36,041 bases of DNA from Octopus bimaculoides (GCF_001194135.2 NC_068987.1:99712901-99748941), one strand, 5' to 3'. Shown: positions 9,893 through 23,344, counted from the stretch's first letter. A program made the numbers and translations. Notes: generated by a model from the letters alone, not told the origin.

Positions 9893-11536
9893 GTTTGTGT
9901 ATGTGTATACACACACGTATTGCAGAAAATAAGCATTAAATTGGGTATTCTTAATACCGAAGGAGCTCTTACTTAACAAATACTGGAAAGCTGTCATTGT
10001 GAACAAATACTGCTAGTCTAATATTACCTTGAGCATTTTATGGTCTTTTATTTTAATCTTATTTCGTAAACAATATCTACTTCTATTGGTTCCATTTATT
10101 CTTTATTGCTGCGATGGTGTACTGGATATAAATAAAACACACACACATATACACACAAACACATCCATATTATATATCATGCATACAAAAAAGTAACCTT
10201 TCGAACGCATTGTGGCCGTGAAAACAACAGAAATATTGAATATTCTTGAGCATTTTACTCTTATATGACGGAAAAAAATTGTCGACAGAGCTCCACATGT
10301 TTCGAACATATGCATAGAAATTACCCGTCAATTGTATTAATTCCGGTCCGAGGGCTAAGGAGAAATTATATCTAAAGGAATCCACGCACACTGAACATTT
10401 AGTGAATGATGGATGTGCATATGGCTTTAAATAGTTGCATCGCTGGTCCATCAGTAATCGCAGAGTATATGCTATGCTGAAGTATTTTGAATCTACATAC
10501 ACCTACTCCTTGTAGATTTTGCAGTTTGTTTGATAACGTAGTAAGCTACTGCAGAGGATTAGATTCCAAGCTGCTACTAAGTGAGTTATGAGATGATACA
10601 TCTTTCAGAACTAACTAGCAACGATAAATTCTGGAGTTTCTAAAAGGTGGGAATTTTGCTGTTAGCAATTCAACAACCTTTTTGTTTATAAATTATTACA
10701 AATCCCCTCCTGAATTATCGGTAGAATTAGCGCTTTCATATTCTGTTGGTAATTTTAGTGTAAATATAAAATTTATAAAGTCATCTATTTAAATATGAAA
10801 TATAAGTTAATGCTGCATTTGTGATTTTACTGGCCGTCATCGGCATTGTTATTTAAATAGTGTTGATTTCTCTCTGCCGGAGAGCCTTTAATCCACTGCA
10901 ATAGCTTTGAATGTATTCGCACTTTAAATACTTCTTTCTGACACCGTAGTGTTTTCCATTCGACTCTACCGAAAATTTAACAAACAGCAACGTAAATATA
11001 TATGATTCTCGCGTTAGAGTCTTCTTCAAAAGAAATGAAAATATTATTAAATTGTTGCACACAATCTATTAACCTGTCCCGGCAGAGACAGTTCTAATGT
11101 TTGGGATTTATGACGTTATATCACTCAAAGGAGTTAGTTACTTTTATCTGTTTTTGAAATGTGTATGCTCAATCATCCTCTCTACAATAATCAACAAATT
11201 TTAGAAATTGTATTTGATTTATAATTTCTTAGCTCTCTTTCTCTTCGACTTATTCTTTATCATATATTTCAACATTGCCTTACATATATGTGTATGTATG
11301 TGTGTGTCTCTGTATGTACAGGAGTATACATATGTGAGTACGTGAGCGCCAGTGCATACGTGTGTTTATGTGCGCGTGTGTCTATCAGTGTAAACTCATA
11401 CACACACATGTATATACATGCGCACGTGCACACATAGTTATTAGCAATATTTCCATTTCTAAATCATTATATCACCTAACACTCGGCCTCTGTCTGTTTC
11501 TCTCCATGTTATTTCAAAATTAATCGTCAGCAATAA

Positions 11537-11762
11537 GGCCGCAAGCTGGCAGAAACGTTAGCACGCCGGGCGAAATGCGTAGCGTTATTTCGTCTGTCTT
11601 TACGGTGTGAGTTCGAATTCCACCGTAGTCGACTTTGCCTTTCATCCTTTTGGAGTTGATAAATTAAGTACCAGTTGCGCACTGAGGTCGAATTAATCGA
11701 CTGCGCCCTCCTCCAAAAAAAAAAAAAAAAAAAGAAATGCGGGCTGAGATTAGAAAAGAATA
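11537..11762 (+). mobile_element. Full-length tRNA-derived SINE, family A
   Basis: A-box-like AGCTGGCAGAAACGTTAG, B-box GAGTTCGAATTCC, conserved body, twin hairpins and an internal A-run. Confidence 0.85.
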
Positions 11763-11776
11763 CTCATTGTCAGCGA

Positions 11777-11970
11777 GGCGCTGAGTCGGCAAATTCGTTA
11801 GCACTCTTAGCTGCATTTCGTCGCCCTTCAGTTTTTGAGTTCACATCCAACGGAAGCCGTGTTTGATTTTCAGCCTTAGAGGGTTGATAAAATAAGTATC
11901 CGTTGGGTCGATTAATTGTCTGGCATCCTCCTCCGAAATTGCTGGCGTTGTGCCAAGCATTAAAGCCAAT
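11777..11970 (+). mobile_element. Older, diverged family A SINE directly downstream of the previous copy
   Basis: GGCGCTGAGTCGGCAAATTCGTTAG...GAGTTCACATCC...GGGTTGATAAAATAAGTA...GAAATTGCTGGCGTTGTGCC is colinear with 11537-11762. Confidence 0.6.
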
Positions 11971-13189
11971 ATTTAGTGTCAGCATCTTTTCTACGTTCTT
12001 CCCAATCTCTTCCGCTATTTATCTTGTTTTTTTCTTTCACTTCGTCTATCGTCTTTCTTTTATCTTCCTTACATCTCATAGTTTAGCATTCCAGACTTAT
12101 ACCCTTTAATCTCTCCCCATATAAGATCTATTTGTCTCCGTGTTTCGTACAGTCATATTATCTTGGTTTCTTACGTATTAGTTATCTGTTCTCAATTCCT
12201 GTCTCTCCTTACCTCTTTTCTTCTCTCTGTTGGCTCCTTTAATCTCTTTTGCAAATTTTCTCTTTTCTGCTTTACATGCTCATCCGCACAAAGGAATTTT
12301 TTTCTAAATATCTCCTCCAACATTTGCTTCAAAAGTATTACTTCTTCATCATATTCTCTGTTACCTACTTTCTCTTCTCCCGTTCTCTTTCTTTTGTTAC
12401 TCCCTCATCTCCTTTTACCTCACTCTGTTTCTATCTATTACTTGTCTATCCCTACCGCACGCTTTCTCTCTTGTTCTCTCTTTCTCTCTCTTCATAATTA
12501 CACATACGAAGAAACTATAATTCGTCGCTCAACCTGTTTGATGTAACAACTAAAAGTCCCACAATATGTCGTCCACAAATACGTTGCATTGAACGGCAAC
12601 ATAGAAAATATGCTAACACGTAGGCAGAGAGTGAGAGAGAGAAAAAGCGAAATTAGGGAGAGAGAAAGAGTGAGGTGAAAAGAAAAAGAGAGAGAGAGAA
12701 CGTGAGAAAATTTGAGAGAGACGGCTGTACACACATAAAACAGAGAGGGAGAGATTTTCAATGTAATATATAAACGACAGAAAAACCGAAGATGCACCTT
12801 GTAAGTTTTCTTCCATCAGGAAATTATTGGGTCTAAATAATAGGAGCAACATTAAACTCACCAAAAAAATTACAAGAGCAATTCAGACAAAGCTTATTTT
12901 CTGTCTCCAACTAAAACATTGCTCTCCCATAATTTATACTCATTGTTAGCCAACAACTAGGTATAATACACGATAATGGTCTTGATGTCTGCAACGTGGA
13001 TAAAATCTAATAATTACTACTCTTCAAAGAGCGGAAATGACTTTTCCTGTTGAAGCTATTAACTCTAGTGTAATGCTTTGACAATGATTTTATTGCGACA
13101 CTTTTTACACTAATTATACAAATACACGAACAAACATGTAATACAATCAAACGCACATCTCGACTAAGGTAAGTATACGCGCTCATATA

Positions 13190-13420
13190 TATAAATACAT
13201 ATATCAGTGTATGATTATATTTAGATGTGCGAATGTGTGTGCGCGTGAGCATGAGTGTATGTGAGTATGCGTATATGTATATATGTATGCATATATATAT
13301 ATATGCATATATGTATGTATACATATATACATACATACATATAAAATAAGGACAATTACATTTATGTAAATAATATTCTTTCTTTATAGTATAACTATAC
13401 ACACACATGCATATATATAC

Positions 13421-13503
<83 letters not shown>

Positions 13504-13560
13504 GGTGGGTGGGTGTGTGGGTGTATGGGTGAGTGTCTGTGTATGCAAGGTTGTGTGTAT
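13190..13560. repeat. Compound (TA)n/(TATG)n/(TG)n microsatellite block
   Basis: Read directly from the sequence; it explains ORFs 13007-13687 and 13384-13608. Confidence 0.95.
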
Positions 13561-13956
13561 ATTTATACTTATATGCATATATAAATGCAAATATATATAC
13601 TTGAACAACTAACATAGGTTCATTTAAATGTACGTGATTATTCGGATTACGCCGCAATCTGATTGTCATATTTCTTTCGTATTTCATAATTATCAGAAAT
13701 CAGTATATTACTCCGTGCCAGGTAGTAATGTTAAGTCACACCCATTTCTTAACTAACGTATATACATAAAAACATACCTACGCGCGCGCGCAGACTCACA
13801 CAGACACACACATAGTGACAGGCATACACACACATACACACACACACACAGACATGTATATATATATATATATACATGTATATATGTATAATTATATGAG
13901 TAGGTATAGGTATATCTCTGCATACATGTGTAGATAATATGTAGATAATATGTAGC

Positions 13957-14313
13957 NNNNNNNNNNNNNNNNNNNNNNNNNNNNNNNNNNNNNNNNNNNN
14001 NNNNNNNNNNNNNNNNNNNNNNNNNNNNNNNNNNNNNNNNNNNNNNNNNNNNNNNNNNNNNNNNNNNNNNNNNNNNNNNNNNNNNNNNNNNNNNNNNNNN
14101 NNNNNNNNNNNNNNNNNNNNNNNNNNNNNNNNNNNNNNNNNNNNNNNNNNNNNNNNNNNNNNNNNNNNNNNNNNNNNNNNNNNNNNNNNNNNNNNNNNNN
14201 NNNNNNNNNNNNNNNNNNNNNNNNNNNNNNNNNNNNNNNNNNNNNNNNNNNNNNNNNNNNNNNNNNNNNNNNNNNNNNNNNNNNNNNNNNNNNNNNNNNN
14301 NNNNNNNNNNNNN
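13957..14313. other. Assembly gap (357 N)
   Basis: N-run followed by (TA)n. Confidence 1.
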
Positions 14314-14749
14314 ATATATATATATATATATATATATAGGGAATGGAAACAAAAAATGTTTCGAGAAATTCATCACGATAGGAAAAAGGAAATATTTATA
14401 TCTATATGAATATATGTTTCCACTTTCAATTGCTTGAAATGAGGGTTTAGAGATTTGGTTAAACGACGGAGAAAAACTAATTTGAAATAAATTAAATTAA
14501 TCATTTCTGATGTCAGTTCCGGAAGTTTACAGGTTTTTCTTACAAAAATAGTGTTGCTGAAGTTCTGTTATTTACATCTACAGTCACAAATATATTGAGA
14601 GTGTTACAATATATTCAGTCTGCGGAAACGAAAGGAGATAATCATAAAGGTTATTTGAAAAGTAATAACTTTCTGAAACTTGAAAACTCTACTTTGTTCT
14701 AGAAGAAATTGAAATGGATGCCTTACAAGGTTTCTGCTTTAGTCTTTCC

Positions 14750-15050
14750 ACATGGCGCCTTGGGCAAGTGGTTTCTACTACAGCCTCGGTTCGTCGAAAT
14801 ACCTATGAGGGAATCTTGAAGACAGAAGCTGAAAGGAGCCTGTCATGTATNNNNNNNNNNGTGTTTTCCCCCACTACAGCTTGACAACCGGTGTTGGTGT
14901 GTTAAGCTCCCTGTAACAATAGCGGTTCGACAAAACATACCGTTAGAGTAAATAACAAGATTTACAAGAACAAAGAGCAAACAAATTCTGGTGTCAATAA
15001 GTTCGAGCAAAAACTATTAAGCTTGTGACCAAGCATACTGGAGTCTACGA
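14750..15050 (+). mobile_element. SINE body lacking its tRNA head (family with a CORE-like CCTTGGGCAAG motif and an internal microsatellite collapsed to 10 N at 14851-14860)
   Basis: GGCGCCTTGGGCAAGTGGTTTCTACTACAGCCTCGG...CTGAAAGGAGCC, then GCTTGACAACCGGTGTTGGTGTGTT...TAGCGGTTCGACAAAA. Resembles known octopus SINEs (recall). Confidence 0.65.
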
Positions 15051-16186
15051 TAAACGATAAGAATATTGATAAATTTATAGACTATTTCTCTAAACGGCAA
15101 AACTGCCAAACAATTATGCACATATATTTGGGAATAGTTATTCTCACTCAATGTGTAAAATGTCTGCTATTAAATCAATTTTATGAAACTAGGTTTTAAA
15201 TTATCTTTTCAAAAGAAGCCATGAGTACCAAAGTTATAGAATATAGAAATGTTCTTTCCATTGCCTATGTGATGGAATCCATTTCATTCTAGCAAATCCT
15301 ATTTGTTATCCGCATGAATATATAATATATTTCCAATCCCTTTTCACTGATTTGTGACGAAAACAAGATTTGCAGCATAAAAGGAAGGTTATAATTGTTG
15401 ACTGTATTTTTATTCTACATCCACATTTTTAGTCCATATGAATCGAAACAAGCATATGTAACAACGTTTTGGCTTGACTGGGTATCAACTTAGTCAGCAG
15501 CAGTTTCCCATTAAGATTGTACTAATGGTGTTACATTCAAGGAGAAATAAATAGTAATAGGAAGAGTGAATGAGAGTTAGGAACAGAAATGGAAGACCGG
15601 CTGTCACTAGAATATCAGCGTATGACCTGAGAAAGAGTAGAATAGAAAAAATTACAGACTGACATGGCTGAAAGGTAAATAGTCCTATTCGCAAACATGT
15701 AAGTTTGGAGTAAATACCAGGTTGTTACCCCAAAGGCTCGCCATTATCGAAGAGACCAATGACTTGTGAGTTAAATTCTTAGTCGGAAATTTCATAGACG
15801 AGCATCGTATAACTGTTCTAACACACACACACACATGTGCATATACAACCACAGACATACACACACACACACAATTATATATGGGTGTCTGTGTGCACCT
15901 ATGTTTATACTTATTCATGCTCGTTTGAGTGCGCTCAAAACTGTGCCTTACAGTTAAAATCCACCGCACATGTTTCATTTTCGACCTCGAATATTCCAGT
16001 TTGTTTCGTTCATAATTACTGTCTGCAGAGTGATGTTCAGTTATCACAATGGAATATTCAATTAGCCTATGTACTATTAATTTGATCCTCTCCACCAATA
16101 CAAGTATATTGCACATCTCAAACATTGGTGTTCAATAATTATCTTTACTATCTCTTATGGCATATTTATCTGTCTATCTTTCTATG

Positions 16187-16235
<49 letters not shown>

Positions 16236-16277
16236 GTCTGTCTGTCTGTCTGTCTGTCTGCCTGTCTGTCTGCCTGC

Positions 16278-16332
<55 letters not shown>

Positions 16333-16358
16333 CGAGTCATCATCATCATCATCGTCAT
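16187..16358. repeat. Nested (TATC)n-(TGTC)n-(TGCC)-(TGTC)n-(TATC)n microsatellite followed by (CAT)n
   Basis: Read directly from the sequence. Confidence 0.95.
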
Positions 16359-16399
16359 CATTGGAGCGATTTTCTCTCTTGTGTATGGTTACACCTGAT

Positions 16400-17805
16400 G
16401 TCTCGAATTCATTGATATCCATCCCATTATAGCTTTTACTCCCAGCTTTTTGATCATGAATTCCGAAGAAATGAATTCGTCTGGATGGTTCCGTTCGATC
16501 TTCGTTCGGCCTTTCTGTTAACATCCAGAAGACAATGTATTAGATGTGATACTTAGACGAATCTTCACATTTCAGCAAGCAATTTTATTTCTAATAAAAA
16601 CTTGACTCCTAGTAATTCTTGTCTTATATCCTACTTTATTTACTAGCATTTTGTATATGATTCATCGACTCCTATGAACTTGAAGAAGTGGCTCAAATTC
16701 ATTCTGCATATTTTATTCTTGAAAACTTTACTTCTATAAAATACATTTTCAAATAAAAATTTCGTTTTTTTTTTCAAATTGTGCATATAGTTTAAAAAAA
16801 TGAATACAAAATATTTTCATGCAGTGTTAATGTTTCTTTCCACCTTTGTAATTTCTGTTCCTTTGACGGTGTCAGAGAACTAATGGCAATCTTCTAGTTA
16901 AATTTGAGCTTTACAAAAGAATCTAGAAGTGCTAGCACCAGCATTTTCCCGTTTCCGACAAGATTACGTTGTTCTCGATTTGGTTCGTGGGTTCGAGGGT
17001 CCGTGTGTGTTCTCGATTTATTTCGTGGGTTCGTGTGTGTCTTAAGAAATATACAATATTTCCCCAAATAGCAGATATGAATTAAAGTACCCCAACGTTG
17101 CTGCATGAAACAACCTAAAGTAGTATGTGTACGGGTTTATGTCCAATATATAGTCACCTATTATATATATGTTATTCTATTGATATTGTTTTCATTTTTT
17201 TTATATATTACCTCTTACTGTGATTACCCTGAGTAAGCATTTATATTATTTTGCTTTCCATTGATTTTGCAATCAATATTTTCTTAAAAGTGTGGTTTGG
17301 CTTCTTTGGATGCAGGATGTTGTGTCTATTTGAATAGAAACAGGTTTCTTTCAATAGATGTTGAAACCAATTAGATTATTTGCGTAATGATGTCTGCGTT
17401 TCACTCAATAGAATATATTTTCTGTAATGCAGGATGTGTTTGGTTATTATCTCACAGAGATATTTTCTTTATTCATAACAGCTTTTTTTTGTTTTTTTTT
17501 CATTGATCCCAATTCATTGATTTTGTTATTTTCTCTGTCTTGATTATTAGTAATGTTAGATTTTCCTAATTAGTAACGCACTTTTTTCTGTTGCAGTCCG
17601 TACTATTATCCGGTTTATCGAAACGTGTGGATCTTCGAGCATATTTTACTTCGTTAGGGTATTGAAATACATTTTTCACGTTGGGTATCAATAGTTCATC
17701 TTATCCTTCATGCCTATTGTTATATTCTCTTTATTTTGCTGACATATTTTCATCTCATGTGGTTCTACCAATTATTTTCATTGTGTTTTCAGTGCTGAGT
17801 CTCTG

Positions 17806-17862
<57 letters not shown>

Positions 17863-17956
17863 CTTTCAGATGGATATATATATATATATATNNNNNNNNN
17901 NNNNNNNNNNNNNNNNNNNNNNNNNNNNNNNNNNNNNNNNNNNNNNNNNNATATAC

Positions 17957-17989
<33 letters not shown>

Positions 17990-19150
17990 CGTATGTATGT
18001 ATGTATGTAAAAATATATACATACATACAAATATATATATTTGTTTGCATGAGTGAGCGTCCCAACGTGTTATATATATTTTCATTTTATTTAGTAGTTT
18101 TATGTTATTTGTGTACAATGAACTTCTTTGTGTTACTTTTATGGTTTGTAACAAGTTATCTTATTTGAATTCAGCCTATTCTCTGCTTTTCTATTTTTTT
18201 CAAAAATGAATCATATTCCCTTTATTATATACAGGGTTCGTTTTCCAGTGTGTTTTCAAACTCGGTTTTGTGTTGCATCCTAATTATTTCTCGTATATTT
18301 TCAACACATTTTTTATGTTACCACTAGGTATTGTGTAAGGGATAGATGTATAGTATATCTTTCATATTATAGGTATTGTGATGTACATTATCCATTGTAT
18401 TCCTTTCATTTTAATTGTTTTCATTGTTTCGAAAATATTTTGTTCCTGATACTGGCGATAGACATACTAAGTAGCTTAATCTTCCATATTAGACTAAATT
18501 ACAAAAGGACATTCGATTGATTTCTTATCACCACCAGTATACTGCATAGACTAGCTGCAAATACACAGTTCCTAGTCCCTAACTTATTTCTCCAGTGGTA
18601 ACAATGAACTCTGCGTCTCTAATCTTGCTAGCTCTTTTTTTCCACTAAGTTAATGTTGCTTATCTAAATATATTTCTACGAAATATTTATATCGTAGATT
18701 GGAAAAACATGCTTTGTACCTGGAAGGTAGAGTTCATCTCCAAGTATGAGCAGTTTACCTTGATGTAGTACGTTATTGTATTGCTGTACATTTATACCGC
18801 TAAATCTGCAATCACCACAAGAAATAGAATTCAAGTAAACACAACTACTGCAATAATCGACGTCTATCGCTACCCCAGGCGAATGTCTTTGAGAGTAAAC
18901 TTGTCTCCATGATCTTATATAATGTATCACATATGTTTTATTCACACACTATTCTTCATTGTGCTAACGTAATCTACATCTCACACTTTACCGTTTAACC
19001 AAATATCAATTCTAGCTATTCTGAAATTATCCAGCAGCTATATTTGGCATTCCACAAACCAATATATCGTTATATATTTTTGAGTATTATGAACGATTTC
19101 TGCCGAGGTGAACATGATGATTTTCTTGCAACATGTTTTGCTATTCGTTA
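16400..19150 (-). mobile_element. Decayed CR1/L2-like LINE ORF2 (APE, linker, RT) interrupted by microsatellites and a gap
   Basis: Ordered minus-strand motifs: RHSPGVAIDV (compare RGGGVAIYV), GKLLILGDELYLP (compare ILGDFNLP), GGDKKSIE (compare SDH), KSNTKKF (compare KSNPKKFW), DPHVSINRIIVRTA (compare GPDGIxxRILKE), IAKSMESKII (compare CKxMESII) and ELLGVKF...HCLLDVNRKA (compare EKDLGV...VNKANR). Confidence 0.5.
17805..18010. repeat. (CT)n, (TA)n, 59-N gap (17892-17950) and (TATG)n
   Basis: Read directly from the sequence. Confidence 0.95.
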
Positions 19151-19429
19151 TAGCTTCTCTAACATTTTCTTCAAGGGATATTAATTCTTTAACTGATGAT
19201 TGCTCTTCTAAATACCAAGAAGTATTTTTCTTTTATATATTCTTGTAATTGTTGTCGACTATGTTAGCTTCAGCAGTGATGGTAATTATGAGTATGGTGT
19301 TTATGTTGTTGACATTGCTGGCGGTGAGATTGTTGATACTACTCAGTTGCAGGTGCAGTGAGAAGTACTGTTGGCTGAGTTGTTGACACGCCAGTTATTA
19401 GTAATAGCAATGTAGTTATTATTTTTAGC

Positions 19430-22400
19430 CGTTAATAAACATAGTATAATTGTACTCGCCGTGATGCTGTAAGAATTGTTACTGCTAATGTATTTTGTTC
19501 TAAATTTTTGATTATGTTGTGCATTTCTAATTTAATATTGACAAGTTTCACTATGTTTCCTTTCCTTAAAGTAGGTTGGATATTTTTGAGTAATACTCTT
19601 CTCGGATTTGCATTCTGCGTACATTCGTGCGCAGCTTTTAGAAATTTCTCCAGTTTGCAATTGTCCCTTGTCAATGGTTTAAAATCTAAATCTTTCACGT
19701 ATAAAGGATGGCATGTTATTTGATCAAAGCATTTTAAAACATAGACGGCTTTATTAAGCAAATGTTTGAGAGAAACAAGATCTAGATGGAATAGTAAAAA
19801 AGAAACGGAGTTTCCGAGAATTATCCTCTTCTTACGAATACACGGTTGTTTTATCAAATTCATTTTGGCTTTTAGTGATTCTGATGTTTTCCATTTCGAC
19901 ATGCCGTAAGGCTATATTGTTATTGTCTTAATATAGGTGATGTTTTATTTATATACAGTGTTTTCAATTACACAGTCGTTTCGTACAGTATCAAAGAATT
20001 ACTTTTCTGTAAACAATCTCTATCCATGTTTTATCATGTTCTTCCTATCTTCAACAATTTCCAAATAAACCAGTCACTTGCCCTTTTCAATTATATATCT
20101 CATTTCTACCACAATTCTGCTCCTCTTATAAGATGTTATTATCTTACAGATGAGTAGTTATCTTGTAGGAGATACAAGGGTTCTGTATTTTATAGTACGC
20201 AAATTACTGTATCTCAATAAGTTTTTTTGAAGAATCATTATTGTTTTCAGATGCAGTAAACAGTGACATGATAATTCTCGTTTGTTTAGTAATTAACTGT
20301 ACGTTACTGCTACCTTCCATGAATAATGCTCTGGTATTCAACCAATAAGTGTGTACTTAGTCAATCTATGGAAATTTTCTGTGTCTTGCTGTCCTTAGTC
20401 TGCTGCTATGCTATATACTTATTTAATTTTTTTCCTGTCCTACGTGCACTTCTTATTCTGGCAATAGAATATTCTATATTCTCTCCAGGTATTGTAAAAG
20501 TTGATCAAGTTTCTATGTGTCACAAAGTGTTATGTATTATCTATACTTTCCTCTGTTTTCCTGATTTCCTGCTTTTTTTTGGTGGTGGAGGGGATTTTCT
20601 ATGTGTTTCAACTGCATTGATTCCCTAAGTGACGTACTGAAGTATTTCAGACAAGCATGTCATGGCTAATATCATTTATTTGAATTCCTTGATGTTTTCC
20701 TACTAATTTTTAATGTTGTACTTTCTACTTTTCTGATCCTTTTCTTTATAGCACAGAATCATCCATTTCCTACTTTACCATGTAAGACAACGTAACAACG
20801 ATATTTTTTCAGTAGTATATTTATATTATTTTCCTGTGCTTTTCTTAGGGCCGGCAGATTGACATCCTACTCTATTTGGATCAAACCTAATTTCAATACT
20901 TCCATGACATCTGAATATATGGAAATGCAATAGCATAAAATGTCAGCCACTGCATTCCTTATGTAAACCATTTTTTTAATGTCATTCAGCAAACTCTCCT
21001 GGTTTCGCACTTAAAATTCTTCACTGTGAATACTCCTCAAATCTTCTGAGATAGTGAATATATTAGATAAGTGAATATATCATATAAATTAAAATGTTAG
21101 TACTCATGTAAAAGTAACATCTTTACACCTGTGACCCTCCGGGAACTATTTGACTTTGTAGTTTAGGCAGTGATTTCTTTTCTCTATTTTATTGATGAAT
21201 TAGCTATTTCTCCATCGGCTCCTTCCTCTATATTTCATACAAATTCTTCTGTTGTAATATGTATTATGTTAAGCGTTAGGTGTACAGGTGTATTTCAGTT
21301 GCGGCTGTAAAGTTGAAGGACTGTTTTCATACCAATTCGTATGTCCGATAGGGTGCATTAGGTTATTCTTCTTTTTTCCTTACACTCTTATTTCCCCTAC
21401 AGTGCCTTATTTCTTCCCTGAACGACAAAATATATAGTGCTTTTATTGTACGTTCATGTCTCACTTATTGCATATGTGGGCGTTTCTTTTTGTGTTATTT
21501 TATTACTCTTCAGTTTTGTCGATTTTCTTGTGATGTTTTCCATTACTTTGACAAAACTTGTTTTGTTTTTATTCGTTTTATTTTTAGTGTGTATAAGTTG
21601 TAATATTTTTTCCTTCAGTCTATATCATCATTGTTAGTTTTGTTTGTTTCTTCGACATTTTCATTCATTGGCCATTCATAAGGTTTACATTTATTTTTTT
21701 TTCTATTTCCTCGCTGTTAGTTTTCTTTTGTCAATATATTTTATGCTGTTCATATATAATTTATGTATGGATATAGGTATGCTTCTATAACACCGAATTG
21801 TTATTCTGTTTTTCGACAATGCCTGGTGCCGATTGATTATTTTACTGTATGTAACCAGAGCGAAAGTGGAGATGAATTAGCTTTTTAATGGAACTTAAAA
21901 TATTCATACATACCTAAACCTATGTTTGTAGAACAGGATTTACTAACAGAAATTATAAATCCAAAGATGTTGGTTAGGTTTATTGCAAATCATATTGTCT
22001 AATACTGATATTGAAGTCATACAATAATAATTGGGTATCTGTGTAGCAATATTATTATAAAGTTTTAAAGTGGCGAGCCGACAGAACCGTAAGGACGCCG
22101 GGTAGAATGCATAGCGTCATTTCGTTCATCTTTACGTTCTGAATCCAATTTCAACCGAAGTCGACTTATCCGTTCATCATTTTGTGTTCGATGAAATGAT
22201 TACCAGTCACACACTGGGGTCGATGTAATCGATGTACCCCTCCCCTCGTAGGTTTGGTAACTCTTAGCTGTTTATATATGATGACATTGGATACCTTAAT
22301 AATTATAATGAAGAACATTACTTTATTAAAATCGTGTTTTACTTAGGACCTGTTGCCAATAATTATGTTTTTGTAAAAGTGTTGGATTACTTGATTGATC

Positions 22401-23250
22401 TGATACACAACTTTTAGATTGTTTCCACTTGTCTGATTTCGAATATGATAGGCGGTTACTATTCTTTCTTTACCATTGAGAAATATTCCCAAACTTTCTC
22501 TACTCACTACAGCCTGTACATAGTTTCTTTAGATTTACTTGTAGGTGGCGACCAATATGTCATTCATATTCGCTTTCAAAATTAGAGAGGAGGTTATACA
22601 TATAGATTTTAGTCAAGATCTGTTCTGACCGAGGCCATATATCAAGATGTCCACAAGTTAAACACATTTGAATACTTTCCTAGTGTTGTGTATACAGTCG
22701 ACCCTCTAAATGTTTTGACATTCTTCTGTTTAAAAGTAAAGTGAGGTAATGATATTATACGAGATTTTCTACTCACATTCTGCTTTTGGAATCATTTGAT
22801 GCTTACCTTAGAAAGCAGTTACCAAGATTGAGGGTCTTTTAAATTCTGTTAATAATTTCTTAGTGTATGTTTGTATCACAGCATGCATTTTACTCGCTGT
22901 TCTAGGTTGCAGAAGATAGCTTTATTCTTACATTTAGAAATAGGAGAGGAATGACTTGCAATTATTTATCTGAATTGATGTGATCAATTATTCCTCTCAT
23001 CCGAAATTGTCTTCGTCGTCGTTGTGGTCATGATCATTATCATGAGCCCTTACAGTTTGAACATGTTTGATTAGTTATTTTATTGCTTCTCTTGTTTCAT
23101 AGTATTGTTTTCTTGTTTTCTATGGTTTCATTACTATTATCATTGAACTGATTCACTGCATAATCGATCGGTGATTCATTGATTGCACTCGTGATCGGCA
23201 TGATTTATGTATTATGTTGTATTAAAACGTTTGGTATAACCGAAAATCCT
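19430..23250 (-). mobile_element. Possible decayed L1/Tx1-like LINE 5' portion (ORF1 with knuckle-like motif, APE, linker)
   Basis: The minus strand is A-rich. It reads KKLCTGCSE near 22520 (CxxC knuckle-like), a Lys-rich stretch near 21500, SSRRVTGVKMLL near 21130 (compare SRGVAIL) and GMSKWKTSESL at about 19905 (compare GxWKLNxSLL), leading into ORF 19432-19902. Weak. Confidence 0.3.
22070..22250 (+). mobile_element. Diverged family A SINE
   Basis: GGCGAGCCGACAGAACCGTAAGGACGCCGGG...CTTTACGTTCTGAATCC...GTCGACTT...TACCAGTCACACACTGGGGTCGATGTAATCGA is colinear with 11537-11705. Confidence 0.8.
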
Positions 23251-23344
23251 AGTGTTTAGTGCATAATATATAAAATGTATTTGGTTCCCATGCCAAACCA
23301 TATCTGGATATTATTTTCATATACTTTAGATACTTGTAAATTAA

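Noticed and set aside
10871-11088. 10-bp inverted repeat TCTCTGCCGG/CCGGCAGAGA as possible MITE ends
   Set aside because: It does not extend in either direction and has no target-site duplication.
15600-15690. SILLFLRSYADILV resembling RT PLLF/YADD motifs
   Set aside because: The spacing is wrong and there are no supporting neighbouring motifs.
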